A stretch of 64,000 nt of DNA from Thermodesulfobacteriota bacterium (lineage in GTDB: Bacteria > Desulfobacterota > Desulfarculia > JACQYL01), in contig CAXXLZ010000001.1 in assembly GCA_963675595.2 (NCBI GenBank), forward strand, positions 1,376,001 to 1,440,000, written 5' to 3'. The first letter of the stretch is position 1. The number at the start of each line of letters is the position of its first letter. The notes under the pieces are model-generated. The model was not told where the DNA came from and did not search any database. It saw only the letters and a list, made by a program, of their open reading frames with translations. The translations under genes and the position numbers were made by a program. This document shows, piece after piece, positions 49,038-59,068 of the stretch.

Positions 49038-49288
49038 TGAGATTTTCACGTCACCCCTTCACAGGAACGCTTCAGGTGAACTTCGGGCTTCCGCTTAGAA
49101 GAGACCATTTCAACCTGATTCACGATGTCAACGGAACAACCGTCGGCAGAATCGACCCCTGCGGCTTGGTCAAGGATCGCCTCGACAGAACCGTGGGGCA
49201 CTACGACATTTTCAAAACTGAGGATTACTGCCCCTGCTGCGGGAAGCTGTCGAAGCTTTGCCGGTGTCATGGCCACGACATGAGATAG
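49038..49288 (+). CDS. Small hypothetical protein with Cys-rich C-terminus
   Basis: AAGGAG SD before ATG 49038; CPCCGKLSKLCRCH. Confidence 0.5.
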
Positions 49289-49750
49289 CCGTTTCCTGAT
49301 TGAGCCCCTTCGGGGGCTCATCTTCATTTCCTTCCAGCCAAAATTCCCACAAGCCCTGTCGCGGAATAGCTTCGCTTTCGAGACGTCTCGTATCGGGTGC
49401 CCTGTCCTTGTTAATCGAGCCGTACCTGAAGAAACCGGTCGGTCGTCCACCGCAAAATGGTCAAGGTGTATAACGACAAAAGCGACGTTGAAAAAAGGTG
49501 GCATCCGCGGGATATTGGGGGTGCTCAGGAAAACTTCGAACCTTCAAGCCAACACAAGCCTGCCGACTGCCGTCATAAAGGCCCCGCAGAGCCCCTGTTT
49601 GAGAAAGATGCCGCATAATATCGGAGGACCCAAGCTGAAGCTTTTCGTAATGGCTTACAAACCCATCGCTATAGTCAATGACACTGATGATATACTGACA
49701 AAGTCGTATAACCTTTTTTCATCGGATAGGTAGCATTAAGGAGAATAAAA

Positions 49751-50638
49751 GTGTCCCTATTCACCATACTCAATAATATAGTCAATCACCCTTTTAACAA
49801 ATACAATAAGGCTGCGGCGATAGCCAGATTTGTAGGTTGGCAAATCGGCAGCAGATTAGTTCCAGGTGACGTTATTTTTGAATGGGTAAATAATTCCAAA
49901 CTTGTGGCCAGAACAGGTGAAATTGTTGTTACCGGTAATATTTACTGTGGTCTTCTTGAATTTCAAGATATGGGTTTCTTGCTTCACGTTTTGAGAGAAA
50001 GAGATATTTTTGTTGATATTGGAGCTAATGTTGGAGCCTACACTATTCTGGCAAGTGCAGCTATTGGTGCAAGCGCATATTGCTTTGAACCAGTCCCATC
50101 AACATTCCGTAGGCTAATGACAAATATTAGGCTAAACGCATTAGATAACAAAGTTATTTCATTAAATATGGCACTTGGAAATGCAAGAAAACAATTGCTA
50201 TTTTCTTCAGATGAAAGTGGCACCAGCCATGTCTTGGCAGATAATGAGAAAACTAAGAACGAAATTACTGTAAATTGTTCCACTCTTGATGATGAGCTGA
50301 AGGGTGACCCATTTCTAATAAAGATTGATGTGGAAGGATATGAAACTCCAGTACTGGAAGGTGCACAACATTCACTTAAGAATCCCAATCTTTGTGGAGT
50401 GATTATTGAATTGAACGATTCAGGACAAAGATACGGTTTTGATGAACAAATTATATTGCAAATGATGTTTGATCATGGATTTAAAACCTATTCATATTGT
50501 CCTTTTGAAAGAAAGCTAAGAATTTTGGGAGGTAAGAACGAATATGAAGGAAATACAATTTTTGTAAAGAATATCGATCGCGTCCTAAATAGAATCAATA
50601 AAGCTCCAAAGTTTGCTGTTCATGGGGTGTCAATATAG
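49751..50638 (+). CDS. FkbM-family SAM methyltransferase
   Basis: FVDIGANVGAY, FEPVP, IKIDVEGYE.PVL.GA; markedly AT-rich compared with surroundings. Confidence 0.92.
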   Translation: MSLFTILNNIVNHPFNKYNKAAAIARFVGWQIGSRLVPGDVIFEWVNNSKLVARTGEIVVTGNIYCGLLEFQDMGFLLHVLRERDIFVDIGANVGAYTILASAAIGASAYCFEPVPSTFRRLMTNIRLNALDNKVISLNMALGNARKQLLFSSDESGTSHVLADNEKTKNEITVNCSTLDDELKGDPFLIKIDVEGYETPVLEGAQHSLKNPNLCGVIIELNDSGQRYGFDEQIILQMMFDHGFKTYSYCPFERKLRILGGKNEYEGNTIFVKNIDRVLNRINKAPKFAVHGVSI

Positions 50639-51025
50639 GTGGATGCATAATCAAATTCGCTCTACCAGGACTTTAAGGCTTTACGAAGAGGGCAGTGCTC
50701 AACTTTAAATCGTGCCGCCCGGTAATTACGGGACGTCGACCATTCCTCCTCCGACGACAATTAGAATTCCTGAAGGTCTCCAACGTCGTTCGCAGGCCGG
50801 CGTTCTGCTCGATCCGCTCGGTTCAAGGAATTCCGCTCCGAACTCGGCCCGCACCAGAACAAATGGCCGTTACCTCGCTCCCGTTCCCGCCACCAGTCCG
50901 AAAGGGTCTCATCTTCCTCAAAAGGATGCGTAATCCGAAGTTCCTGTTTCATGGCCACCATTACGGCACGGTGGTATTTAAACCTGTCGAAAAGGGCTCA
51001 CGAAGAGCCCTCTTTTAACCTACAC

Positions 51026-51901
51026 TCAATCCAGAACGATCTTTCGCCGCGGCTGGTACATCAGTTCCCGCACTTGGTCATGCACGGAAGCCATCGCTTC
51101 CCGAATCCGGTTCTTGAGATAACCGCTTTCGCGAATGGACTCAGGCGACCTTCCGTCGAGCACCGACTCCGCCTGCTGCACGAGTTCCGCCAAGCCATTG
51201 TCGTCGAACACGTTTCGTTGTTTGAAGTGTTCGAAGAACTCATAGAAGTTCGTCACCGTCGATCCCTTGAACTTCTTGGCTTCGCCGTCCGGCCCAAGAC
51301 TGAACCGCTCGCAGATATGCCCGACAAGATCGGCGAACTCCTCTCGAAGACTATGCACGGCAAGCTCCCTGGCTTCTTCCATGGTTTGGATGAATTTTCG
51401 CTTTTCGCGCTCATACACTTCCGGCGCCAGGAGACCGAACCTGCCGTTGGGGACATCAAGAGCCACAAACCGCCACTCGAATGAAAACCGCCTATGAATA
51501 TCCACGGGGTAGTCCTGCTCATTGAACAGGTCACCGAGGTACGCAATGGCCGAGTCCCTGAGCGCCGGGTATCGTGAGGCAAAATCGTTCACGAGGTAGC
51601 CGAACTCAGATTGAAGCTCCCGCAACTTCGTGTCCACTTCGGTGATCAAGTCTTTCGGCACGAACATCATGCCGTGGATGGGAAAGGGCAGACTGACCGA
51701 TGTGAGGTAGAGCCGTGAATTGCCGGCCAATTTTGCGATGGGTTTCAGGCTTTCCGGATCCACGAGCTTTTTCGTTGCATGAAGCCACTCGTGGTTGCTG
51801 GTCATTTGAGCGAGTTTTCCCTGATCGATCTTTCTTCTCGCTCCCCACATGCTGATGGAGAGTTGCACCAGGCATCCTTTTTCGAAAATGTTTTCCATCA
51901 C
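51026..51901 (-). CDS. DUF3150-like mobile-element protein
   Basis: LVQLSISMWGARRK..KKLVDP..SLPF..FVP..FN..DYP pattern; family call from memory. Confidence 0.6.
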   Translation of the reverse strand: MMENIFEKGCLVQLSISMWGARRKIDQGKLAQMTSNHEWLHATKKLVDPESLKPIAKLAGNSRLYLTSVSLPFPIHGMMFVPKDLITEVDTKLRELQSEFGYLVNDFASRYPALRDSAIAYLGDLFNEQDYPVDIHRRFSFEWRFVALDVPNGRFGLLAPEVYEREKRKFIQTMEEARELAVHSLREEFADLVGHICERFSLGPDGEAKKFKGSTVTNFYEFFEHFKQRNVFDDNGLAELVQQAESVLDGRSPESIRESGYLKNRIREAMASVHDQVRELMYQPRRKIVLD

Positions 51902-52006
51902 CGTCTCCTTTCAGAGAAAAGAAAACCCCGATCTCCGAGTAACGGAAACCGGGGCATGCGTTGATTTATGGAAGTTATTTGGATACCGCCCGAGAGTTCT
52001 ATGCCG

Positions 52007-52405
52007 TCAGACTCCCGACATCCAGGCTTGCAGAGGACGTCCGCCTACCAACTCGACGAATTCAATGTCCAGAACCTCTTTCGCTGTAATGGCATAGCCC
52101 CACCGAAGATTGTCCTCACCTATAAACAGGAGATACGTCCTTGCATCCGGGTCGATGAGCTTTTGAATAAACAAGACGATTTCCCGCTCGTACGAGTGCT
52201 TTCCGTTGTAATCATCGGACTCGATGTAAATCCATTGTTTGCCGTCCTCAGACCGAAGCACGAAGTCATAGCCCAAATCTTCCGTTTTCAAAGGCGCATC
52301 CAAATGGTCACTAAAGGTTTCCTGAAAAACTCTCTCGATGTCCGAGCCGGCTTTGCACCAGGTTCTGAGCCGGTGCTCTCCTTCCAACGTTGAATAATAT
52401 CCCAT
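52007..52405 (-). CDS. Hypothetical protein
   Basis: ORF with GGAGGAGG SD in operon. Confidence 0.65.
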   Translation of the reverse strand: MGYYSTLEGEHRLRTWCKAGSDIERVFQETFSDHLDAPLKTEDLGYDFVLRSEDGKQWIYIESDDYNGKHSYEREIVLFIQKLIDPDARTYLLFIGEDNLRWGYAITAKEVLDIEFVELVGGRPLQAWMSGV

Positions 52406-52423
52406 GGTTCTCCCTCCTCCTGC

Positions 52424-52624
52424 CTACCCGCAAAGCGGCAGGTATTTTTTGACTGCCACTTCCTCTTCCACGTAATAGGCCGGTGTAAGTTCCCGCAAAG
52501 TTTCCGCTCCGAGAACCTCTTTCAGAAATTTCGATTCCTCGATACAGGCTTTGCCCTTGAACCCTCTTGTTTCGAGCTTGATCTCTCCATCCATGGATAC
52601 TTCCACAATGATTTCTTTCATCAC
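52424..52624 (-). CDS. DUF2997-like small protein
   Basis: DGEI.LE..GFKG.AC...S..L..LG..TP.YY; follows DUF1257-like gene. Confidence 0.8.
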   Translation of the reverse strand: MMKEIIVEVSMDGEIKLETRGFKGKACIEESKFLKEVLGAETLRELTPAYYVEEEVAVKKYLPLCG

Positions 52625-52630
52625 AGCCTC

Positions 52631-53002
52631 CTACATCCGGACGTGGAGCCGGATTGCATTTTCGGTTTTCTTTTCGATCACCGTGTAGCCTTTACGCCGA
52701 GCTTCGGTCCGGGTCTTCTCCACCGCATAGGCCTGCTTCAAGAGTCCTCCGTTTACGCCGATGGCTCTTTCCACGTTGGGGTCGTAGAAGTCGCACTGAA
52801 GCTGGTACCTGCCGTGCATCCTCTGAACGCCGATTTCATAATCCGCGCCGGGCAATCGAATGGCATGCTCGCACGCTGCATTGTTTCCGTACCACCGGAA
52901 CTCTTTCCTGCCTTCGAGAAACACCAGGCCCAGCCGATTACACGCAGACTTCAGGACAGCGAGGTCCTTTACTTCGAGTTCGATTTTGACGATATGACTC
53001 AT
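52631..53002 (-). CDS. DUF1257 (Ycf35)-like protein
   Basis: MSH...I..EV.DL..L..AC..LG..YEIG..Y.L..D..L.Q.YA..A...GY. Confidence 0.8.
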   Translation of the reverse strand: MSHIVKIELEVKDLAVLKSACNRLGLVFLEGRKEFRWYGNNAACEHAIRLPGADYEIGVQRMHGRYQLQCDFYDPNVERAIGVNGGLLKQAYAVEKTRTEARRKGYTVIEKKTENAIRLHVRM

Positions 53003-53481
53003 CGTATCCTCCGAATCGTTCTGACGGGTTCTTCGTCGCTTCTGCTCGCTCTCTTCGCCCGAGTCTCAGCCCAATCCCGGAGCGCTGAGAGCTGCTCCTT
53101 CATGGTTTTCGAAAGCGGAACAATGGCTTCACGAGCGTTTCCTAGGCCATCGAACAGCGAATCCTTGGCCAGCTGCTCGATCTCAGCGCCTGTCCATTCA
53201 GTGAGTTCAGCAGCATACTCGGAGGGTATTTCCGAACCGTATCGTTGATTCATGATCTCGATAATGGCTTCGCGCTCGTTTTTGTTCGGGATATCCACGA
53301 AAAAAAGGGCATCAAACCTCCCCGATCGCAGAAACTCAGGCGGAAGCCCCGAGATATCGTTGGCGGTTGCCATGACCAGAATCGGACTGGTAGTCTCTTG
53401 GAGCCAGAGGAGCAGATGCCCGAACATGGACGAGGTGGTACCGCCGTCCGTCATCCCCGAACTTTTCACCCCGGACAGCAC
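52999..53481 (-). CDS. Ycf46-like AAA+ ATPase, 3' exon
   Basis: DGGTT..FGHLLLWLQE..ATANDISGLPPEFLRSGRFDALFFVDIP..WTGAEIEQ; in frame with the 5' exon after intron removal. Confidence 0.9.
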   Translation of the reverse strand: MLSGVKSSGMTDGGTTSSMFGHLLLWLQETTSPILVMATANDISGLPPEFLRSGRFDALFFVDIPNKNEREAIIEIMNQRYGSEIPSEYAAELTEWTGAEIEQLAKDSLFDGLGNAREAIVPLSKTMKEQLSALRDWAETRAKRASRSDEEPVRTIRRIR

Positions 53482-56042
53482 GTAGGGTAGGCAGCGGCCC
53501 TCCTGCAGAAGCAGGCTAAGCCGCCACCCCCCTCCGAACCGTACGTGCGGCTTTCACCGCATACGGCTCTCTACTTACACTTACCTGGAAATCTCAGGTC
53601 AGGCAGAGTCCCGTCATGGAGTTGCCGATGGCAGTGAACGCACAAGACCAGGGTTTTCCGATTGCGTTCACGCATCAGCTCTTTCCATGGTTCGTTGCCA
53701 TCAGCAACGGCACTCATACTCCCGGCGTGGTGCACCTCAAAGTAGCCGCCTGCACGCCCGCAGAACTCGCATTTCTGAGCCCTCAAACGAGAAAGGATAT
53801 CAGAGTACGTGGCCCGATACTTCTTTGTATTGGGTACACTGTCGAGATTCTGCAACAGGGAAGAGCGGTAAAATTTGAGGTCCTTCAACCTGAAGAGCCG
53901 AGTGGTGCGTAATTTCCCATGGTACCATTCGGTAATAGCGTATTCCCCCGGTTCAACCTTCAGACGCCTCCTCACTGTTCTCTTGCTGCAGCGGTGTTTT
54001 CGGGCAAATGTTCTCGTCAAACTTCGGAACCAGACGGACTGCAGTTTCTGCAATGCCCGAACTGCCCCTTGAGCGAGAACATAGTAATTGGCAAAGCCCC
54101 TCAACTCCGCGTTGTAAATCGTGAGGATTTGTGTATCCATTAGGTTGACCAAGTTAAGTCGGGGCATGACTTCAAAGTTCTCATAGTTGCCATATCCGTT
54201 CTTCTTGCAGAACGCCGCCATCTTATCGCTTGGGACTTTAAGCTGGATTCGACCAGCCCCAAGCCTCCTGGTCGTGTAGGTCCCGCCAAGTTTTACCTTG
54301 ACCGATTTTCCCACCGGGTAGGTTGTGATGTCATACCCGAGGAAGCGCGTTTCCTCAGTACAATGACGGAGGCCTGATTTCTCTTCGGAGATCTGCAGGC
54401 GCAAATGTTCTTGGACAAAACCACGAACAGTCTGCATGACCTGCCTGCAATCCTCCTTGGAGCCGATCATGCCGATGAGAAAATCATCGGCGTACCGGAT
54501 ATACATCAGTCTCTTGTAACCTTCGTCATGGAAATCCAAGGAAGGGACTAAACGTCGCATCCTGCAATGTTCCCGAAGTTCGGCTTCTATTTCTTTGAGC
54601 TTTTCGGTCTCCCCAGCCTGCTGAGCCCGGGCGAACCTTATCCTTTGACGACGGACCAGATACTGATAGCGGAGATACTCTTCGTTCCGGCGTCTTCGCT
54701 TTCCCTTGTTGAATTCCTGAACCAGACTTTCCATGAACTCGTCGAGCTCATGAAGGTAAATATTGGCTAGGATCGGGGAAATAATTCCACCTTGAGGAGT
54801 TCCACTATACGTGGCATGGTATTTCCAATCATCAATATAGCCGGCCTTAAGCATGGCCTTGATGAGATTGATGAAACGCCTGTCGTCAATCCGTTTCTCC
54901 AACAGTCTTATCAACACCTTATGGTCGATATTGTCGAAGAAACCCCGGATATCCATGTCGATGATCCACTTAACGCCGGTCCAGTATTTCTGAAGATACC
55001 GCAAAGCGGTATGACACGATCTTTCCGGACGAAATCCATGCGAGCGATCAGAAAAGATCGGCTCGTAGATTCGTTCCAGAATCGCTCGTGTCACTTCCTG
55101 GATCAGCTTGTCATCTCCGGAAGGTATGCCCAAGGGTCGCAACTTACCGTTGGCCTTGGGGATGTAAACGCGTTTTGATGGTTTGAACTTGTAACGACCG
55201 TCTTTGAGCAGCTTAATAATGTTCTTTGCCCGCTCATCGGAAAAGCCGTCCAGGGTCACGCCGTCCACGCCCTTCGTCATAGCACCTTTGTTTGAATAGA
55301 TATTGGCGTAGGCGTCTTCCCATAAAGTCGGGTTTTCCATGAGCCGAAATAGGCCGTTAACACGTTTCCCCTGCTTGGAGAGTTTTCCAAGAGCGTTCAA
55401 CCTCTTGATGGTCGTAGCGGACAGCATCAGCACATCCTCCTTTCAGAGTGTTGAACACGTTGCATAAGCTGTCTTCCTTCCCCCGGATAGAGGACCCTTC
55501 GTCGATGTCGCCACCGACTTATAGCCATATCCGTATCCCGCAATTGCGAGATCTGCAGAACCCATTACAGGCCCACCTTGGGTACTATGAAGACTCCGTC
55601 GCCATACAGGTCCGAGCCGTGTGCTCGTGACCAGCTTAGGCGATCCCGCATTTACGCCAGATCAAAGATTCGCCGTGGTTAGGTCTCCCGTTCGTCCCTT
55701 TTATCCTTCTCGTCGAAGGCATGCCGGACAGACGGAATATGCAGGTCGAAAAGTGGGCCTACATACAGTCCGGACTGGCGTTTCAGCTACTTTCACCAGT
55801 GCCCGAGCTACGGCCATGAGGACTGGGGTTCAAGCAGTTTAGCCTTGACCATACACGGCTTACGCTGACATCATCGTTGGTCGTAGCTACCTTCTTTGAT
55901 GCCTTTTCCCAACATGCTGCACTCCCCCCTCCCTTTCGGGACAAGGACCATTGCTGGTCAGAGATAAGTTGGGTGCGTACAGGATATTTCCGTAATCTTG
56001 GTGACTTCCGTCACACTCCTATCTGGCGCCAATACGGCGCAC
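53482..56042 (-). mobile_element. Group II intron (2561 nt) with RT/maturase/HNH ORF
   Basis: 5' GTGCG at 56042; domain V GAGCCGTATGCGGTGAAAGCCGCACGTACGGTTC; domain VI ending CCCTAC at 53482; removal restores ..IDETEK|VLSGVK.. Confidence 0.95.
53571..55433 (-). CDS. ltrA: Group II intron-encoded reverse transcriptase/maturase with HNH endonuclease
   Basis: RPLGIP, SHGFRP.RSCHTAL, DIRGFFDNIDH, GTPQGGIISP, YIRYADD, FLGY; C-term CEFC..EVHH..LCVHCH..LH. Confidence 0.95.
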   Translation of the reverse strand: MLMLSATTIKRLNALGKLSKQGKRVNGLFRLMENPTLWEDAYANIYSNKGAMTKGVDGVTLDGFSDERAKNIIKLLKDGRYKFKPSKRVYIPKANGKLRPLGIPSGDDKLIQEVTRAILERIYEPIFSDRSHGFRPERSCHTALRYLQKYWTGVKWIIDMDIRGFFDNIDHKVLIRLLEKRIDDRRFINLIKAMLKAGYIDDWKYHATYSGTPQGGIISPILANIYLHELDEFMESLVQEFNKGKRRRRNEEYLRYQYLVRRQRIRFARAQQAGETEKLKEIEAELREHCRMRRLVPSLDFHDEGYKRLMYIRYADDFLIGMIGSKEDCRQVMQTVRGFVQEHLRLQISEEKSGLRHCTEETRFLGYDITTYPVGKSVKVKLGGTYTTRRLGAGRIQLKVPSDKMAAFCKKNGYGNYENFEVMPRLNLVNLMDTQILTIYNAELRGFANYYVLAQGAVRALQKLQSVWFRSLTRTFARKHRCSKRTVRRRLKVEPGEYAITEWYHGKLRTTRLFRLKDLKFYRSSLLQNLDSVPNTKKYRATYSDILSRLRAQKCEFCGRAGGYFEVHHAGSMSAVADGNEPWKELMRERNRKTLVLCVHCHRQLHDGTLPDLRFPGKCK

Positions 56043-56966
56043 CTTTTCCGTCTCATCGATCCATATGACCGCTTTTCCGAAAGCATCAATCGTTGCAGTA
56101 GCTTGCCTCATTTTTCGTTCGCTCTCTCCGACGAGAGAACCTTTCAAAGCGGACAAATCCAACCGGATGAGCGGCCATCCGAGGATCGAGGCCGCTGCCT
56201 TGCAGGAGAGCGATTTCCCGCAGCCCGGCACCCCGACCAAAAGCAAGGCTTTAGGTCTTGGCAGATGCTCATTGCCGGGCTCGAAGGCTTTCTTTCGGTT
56301 ATTGATGTACTCCTTCAGGAGATCGAGGCCTCCGACTTCTTCGATGGGCACCGGCGGCCAGAACTCCATCAGTCCCGTGCGTTTGATCATCTGCTTTTTC
56401 TGCTCGGTAACGATCTCCCTGCAGAACCGTTTTCGTTCCACCAAGGACCGGGCAAACGCGGTCTCAGCCTCGAACTCGGTAAGTCCCAGGGCAGATTCGA
56501 CAGCCTCCGCATCGGCTTCGATCCCGACGCTCTCCCCAAGCTCTTCCTGAATCCGTCGAAGTTCCTCAAGCCCCGGAAGTTCAAAGTCCAGCATGGTGAA
56601 GTACTTTTCCAATTCCGCCGGCAGGCTCACCTGAGGCCCCACCAAGACCAGACAACACCCTTGGCCTTTCCAGGAGGGCAGGCTGTTCTGGATTTCCTGG
56701 ATGATTTCCACGGAACCCAGGAAGTGATGAAAATTGTGCACGAAGAGCACGGTGTCCTCTTTTCCCGAGAGCCATTTGAGACTGCTCAAAGGATCGGTGG
56801 AATCGTCGTTTCGCATGCCGGACTGCAAATCCACGATGCCGCGTTGACAGTCCCAGGAAAATGTCCTCCATCCTTCGGGTCGAATGGAGCCGACCGCTCG
56901 ATCCGGTTCGAGGGTGATGATGTAAAGCGCCGGATACCCGGCTTTGAGATAACTCGAAATGTCCAT
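56043..56966 (-). CDS. Ycf46-like AAA+ ATPase, 5' exon
   Basis: EVGGLDLLK, GVPGCGKSL Walker A, VGESE, IWIDE Walker B; AAGGAG SD at ATG 56966. Confidence 0.9.
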
Positions 56967-57086
56967 ATCGTTCTCCTTCCGTTCGGAAACAGAAAAGGCC
57001 GCTTCCAGCTCACGGCCGGAAACAGCCCACAAAAAAAGCGGCCGAAGCCGCCGCCATCCATGCTCTTTGATTCTTTTCTTCTTTGT

Positions 57087-57380
57087 TTAGTAGAGATACT
57101 CCTCAACGAGTTTGTAGGGAAATTGCTCCACTTCCGCTTCTTCGTTGAACTGCTCGAGCCTGTCTCTGCCGGCCACCGGCTCCTCCACCGGAACAGCCCT
57201 GCAAAGGATCAAATGCCCGCCGAATCTTTGTCGCAAGACCCCGAGTTCCGAAACCGCCTCGACCGGGTCTCGGAATCCAACCGGGTCATCCTGACCCACC
57301 ACCATGGGCCCCAGCGGATGCCGTGGGTTGATGATGATGTAGACCGGAGCCTCGTTCTCGTTGATCCCGACTGACCGCAC
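57087..57380 (-). CDS. Hypothetical protein
   Basis: AAGGAG SD, GTG start, in operon. Confidence 0.6.
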   Translation of the reverse strand: MRSVGINENEAPVYIIINPRHPLGPMVVGQDDPVGFRDPVEAVSELGVLRQRFGGHLILCRAVPVEEPVAGRDRLEQFNEEAEVEQFPYKLVEEYLY

Positions 57381-57456
57381 AACCGTTCTCCTTTCTTAAG
57401 AAACAAAAAAACCGCCCTAAGACGGCTACTGATTTATTCCCGGACAAGAAGTTCAA

Positions 57457-57774
57457 TCAGACCCGGAGTCGAATCTTATCCACCTCCTTGACCTTCTTGG
57501 GCTCCCAGTAGAGGTCGCGATCCACTTCGAATCCCGGCCTGACCTTCAAAGCCCGAAGTTCGCTGAATGAGATATAGCCCCACTCAGCCATTTCCGGGTC
57601 ACCCAGGATCGCATAACCCCAGAACAGGTCTTCTCCGTCGTATTCCACGACGTACCAGTCAAAGGCTCCAAGGAAAAAATGCAGCCTGACCAGCTTCTCT
57701 TCGATGGGCGTTCCCTCGGTCTCATAGAGCCTCGGAAGCCTGTCCAATTCCTCTTTCGTCGGTATGTTCCACAT
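57457..57774 (-). CDS. DUF2958-like protein
   Basis: LP.LYETE..HFF....WY..EYD..GY..EWGY.S..EL..E.DLYW.P. Confidence 0.8.
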   Translation of the reverse strand: MWNIPTKEELDRLPRLYETEGTPIEEKLVRLHFFLGAFDWYVVEYDGEDLFWGYAILGDPEMAEWGYISFSELRALKVRPGFEVDRDLYWEPKKVKEVDKIRLRV

Positions 57775-57910
57775 GGTAAATCACCTCCCGCTTTTCCAAT
57801 TCTCCGCCGCAGAATACGCAGCGGCACTGATCGAGATAGGGAAACTCCCTTCCTTCGATGAAAACTTGAAGGAAGTACTCACTGCCGCAAAACCGGCACT
57901 GAACCCGCAT
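57722..57910 (-). CDS. Small zinc-finger protein
   Basis: CRFCG..CVFCGG; AGGAG SD. Confidence 0.5.
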   Translation of the reverse strand: MRVQCRFCGSEYFLQVFIEGREFPYLDQCRCVFCGGELEKREVIYHVEHTDERGIGQASEAL

Positions 57911-57920
57911 GACGCTCCTC

Positions 57921-58202
57921 CTAAAACAAGCTCGTGTGATGTCCGCAGTAGGGGCAAAACCTGTCGCCGAAGTCGTTGTAATCGAGCCCCAAAAAGAGCC
58001 ACTCGATTCGGTAGATGTTTCCGCAGCGTCCGCAAGTTGCCGGCTCGGGTCGATCCCTGCAGGGCTTCCGGAGCATCTTCTTCCGGTTGAAACAACTGCG
58101 GCCGCAGCTCTCGCAAATTTCCCATTCATCGAACACCTGAAGGATTCCGTTGCACTCCGGGCACTGCTTCTCTTCAACATTTGCGTAAAGCGCATGATCC
58201 AT
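57921..58202 (-). CDS. Small double zinc-ribbon protein
   Basis: CPEC, CESC, CGRC, CPYC; AGGAGG SD. Confidence 0.6.
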   Translation of the reverse strand: MDHALYANVEEKQCPECNGILQVFDEWEICESCGRSCFNRKKMLRKPCRDRPEPATCGRCGNIYRIEWLFLGLDYNDFGDRFCPYCGHHTSLF

Positions 58203-58282
58203 TTCTTCCTCCTGAAACAAAAAAAGGCCTGGAACCATTGGTTCCCGCCTCGTTAGGTCGAAACTTTCCACCTGCCGAATGA

Positions 58283-58738
58283 TCAATGAGTCTTGATGAC
58301 GCCCCGCTCAGACAGACTTTCAAAGCGGCCTTCATCGCCCACGACCACATGATCCACCACCCCGACATCGAAGAGTTCGGCACAACGGGTGAGTTTCTCG
58401 GTGATCGCGATATCTTCTGCGCTGGGTTCCGGGCATCCGCTGGGATGATTATGGATGAACGCCATCTTATCGGAATTACTCAGGAAAACCGCCTTGAATA
58501 TTTCCCGTACGGATAGAATGGTCTGGCTCAAGGTTCCCACGCTTACCAGATGGATGCAGTTCACGTAGTTCTTGACGTTCAGGCACACCAGAAGAAACAT
58601 CTCCCGGTCCGCGTTTCCCATGAACTTCAGGCCGAGTTCAGCCAAGTCCTGCGGCCCTCGGATGGGCTTCTTCCCATAGGGGATCGAGCCGTCCCGAACC
58701 ATTTTGACGCTCACGATATCGATTCTTTCCTTCATCAT
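58283..58738 (-). CDS. radC: RadC-like JAB domain protein
   Basis: DRE.F....L..KN..S.GTL..REIFK..HNHPSG.PEPS.ED..T..DHVVVG. Confidence 0.9.
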   Translation of the reverse strand: MMKERIDIVSVKMVRDGSIPYGKKPIRGPQDLAELGLKFMGNADREMFLLVCLNVKNYVNCIHLVSVGTLSQTILSVREIFKAVFLSNSDKMAFIHNHPSGCPEPSAEDIAITEKLTRCAELFDVGVVDHVVVGDEGRFESLSERGVIKTH

Positions 58739-58810
58739 AGAAACCTCCCTGGAAAACCCTTGATTGGGGCTGTCCACAAAGCTCGGACAGCCCGTGAGGT
58801 CGATGTTGCC

Positions 58811-59068
58811 CTAAAACGGAATTTCGTCTCCGGCCTGACCCATCGACTTGATGCCGAAGTCCAGGAATGCCTGCCTGAACAATTCAGAGGCGGTCGGGAG
58901 ATCACCCGCCCGAAGGTTGGGTGAGGTCTTCCAGTTGCCCTCCGAATCCTTGAACACGCGTTGCAGACTGAAGGTATGGTAGTTTCCTTTTGCGCCGTCG
59001 TTTTCCCAGACACTAACGACGACTCCGTTTGCCCGATACTTCCTCACCGGTTTGTTGCTCTCGCTCAT
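58811..59068 (-). CDS. Small nucleic-acid-binding-like protein with SSB-type acidic tail
   Basis: KPV..V.VWEN..R.FKD..G.WK..DL; ends DEIPF. Confidence 0.6.
   Translation of the reverse strand: MSESNKPVRKYRANGVVVSVWENDGAKGNYHTFSLQRVFKDSEGNWKTSPNLRAGDLPTASELFRQAFLDFGIKSMGQAGDEIPF

Noticed and set aside
53571-55433. RT as retron, DGR or defence RT
   Set aside because: Group II intron ends, domain V and HNH fully explain it
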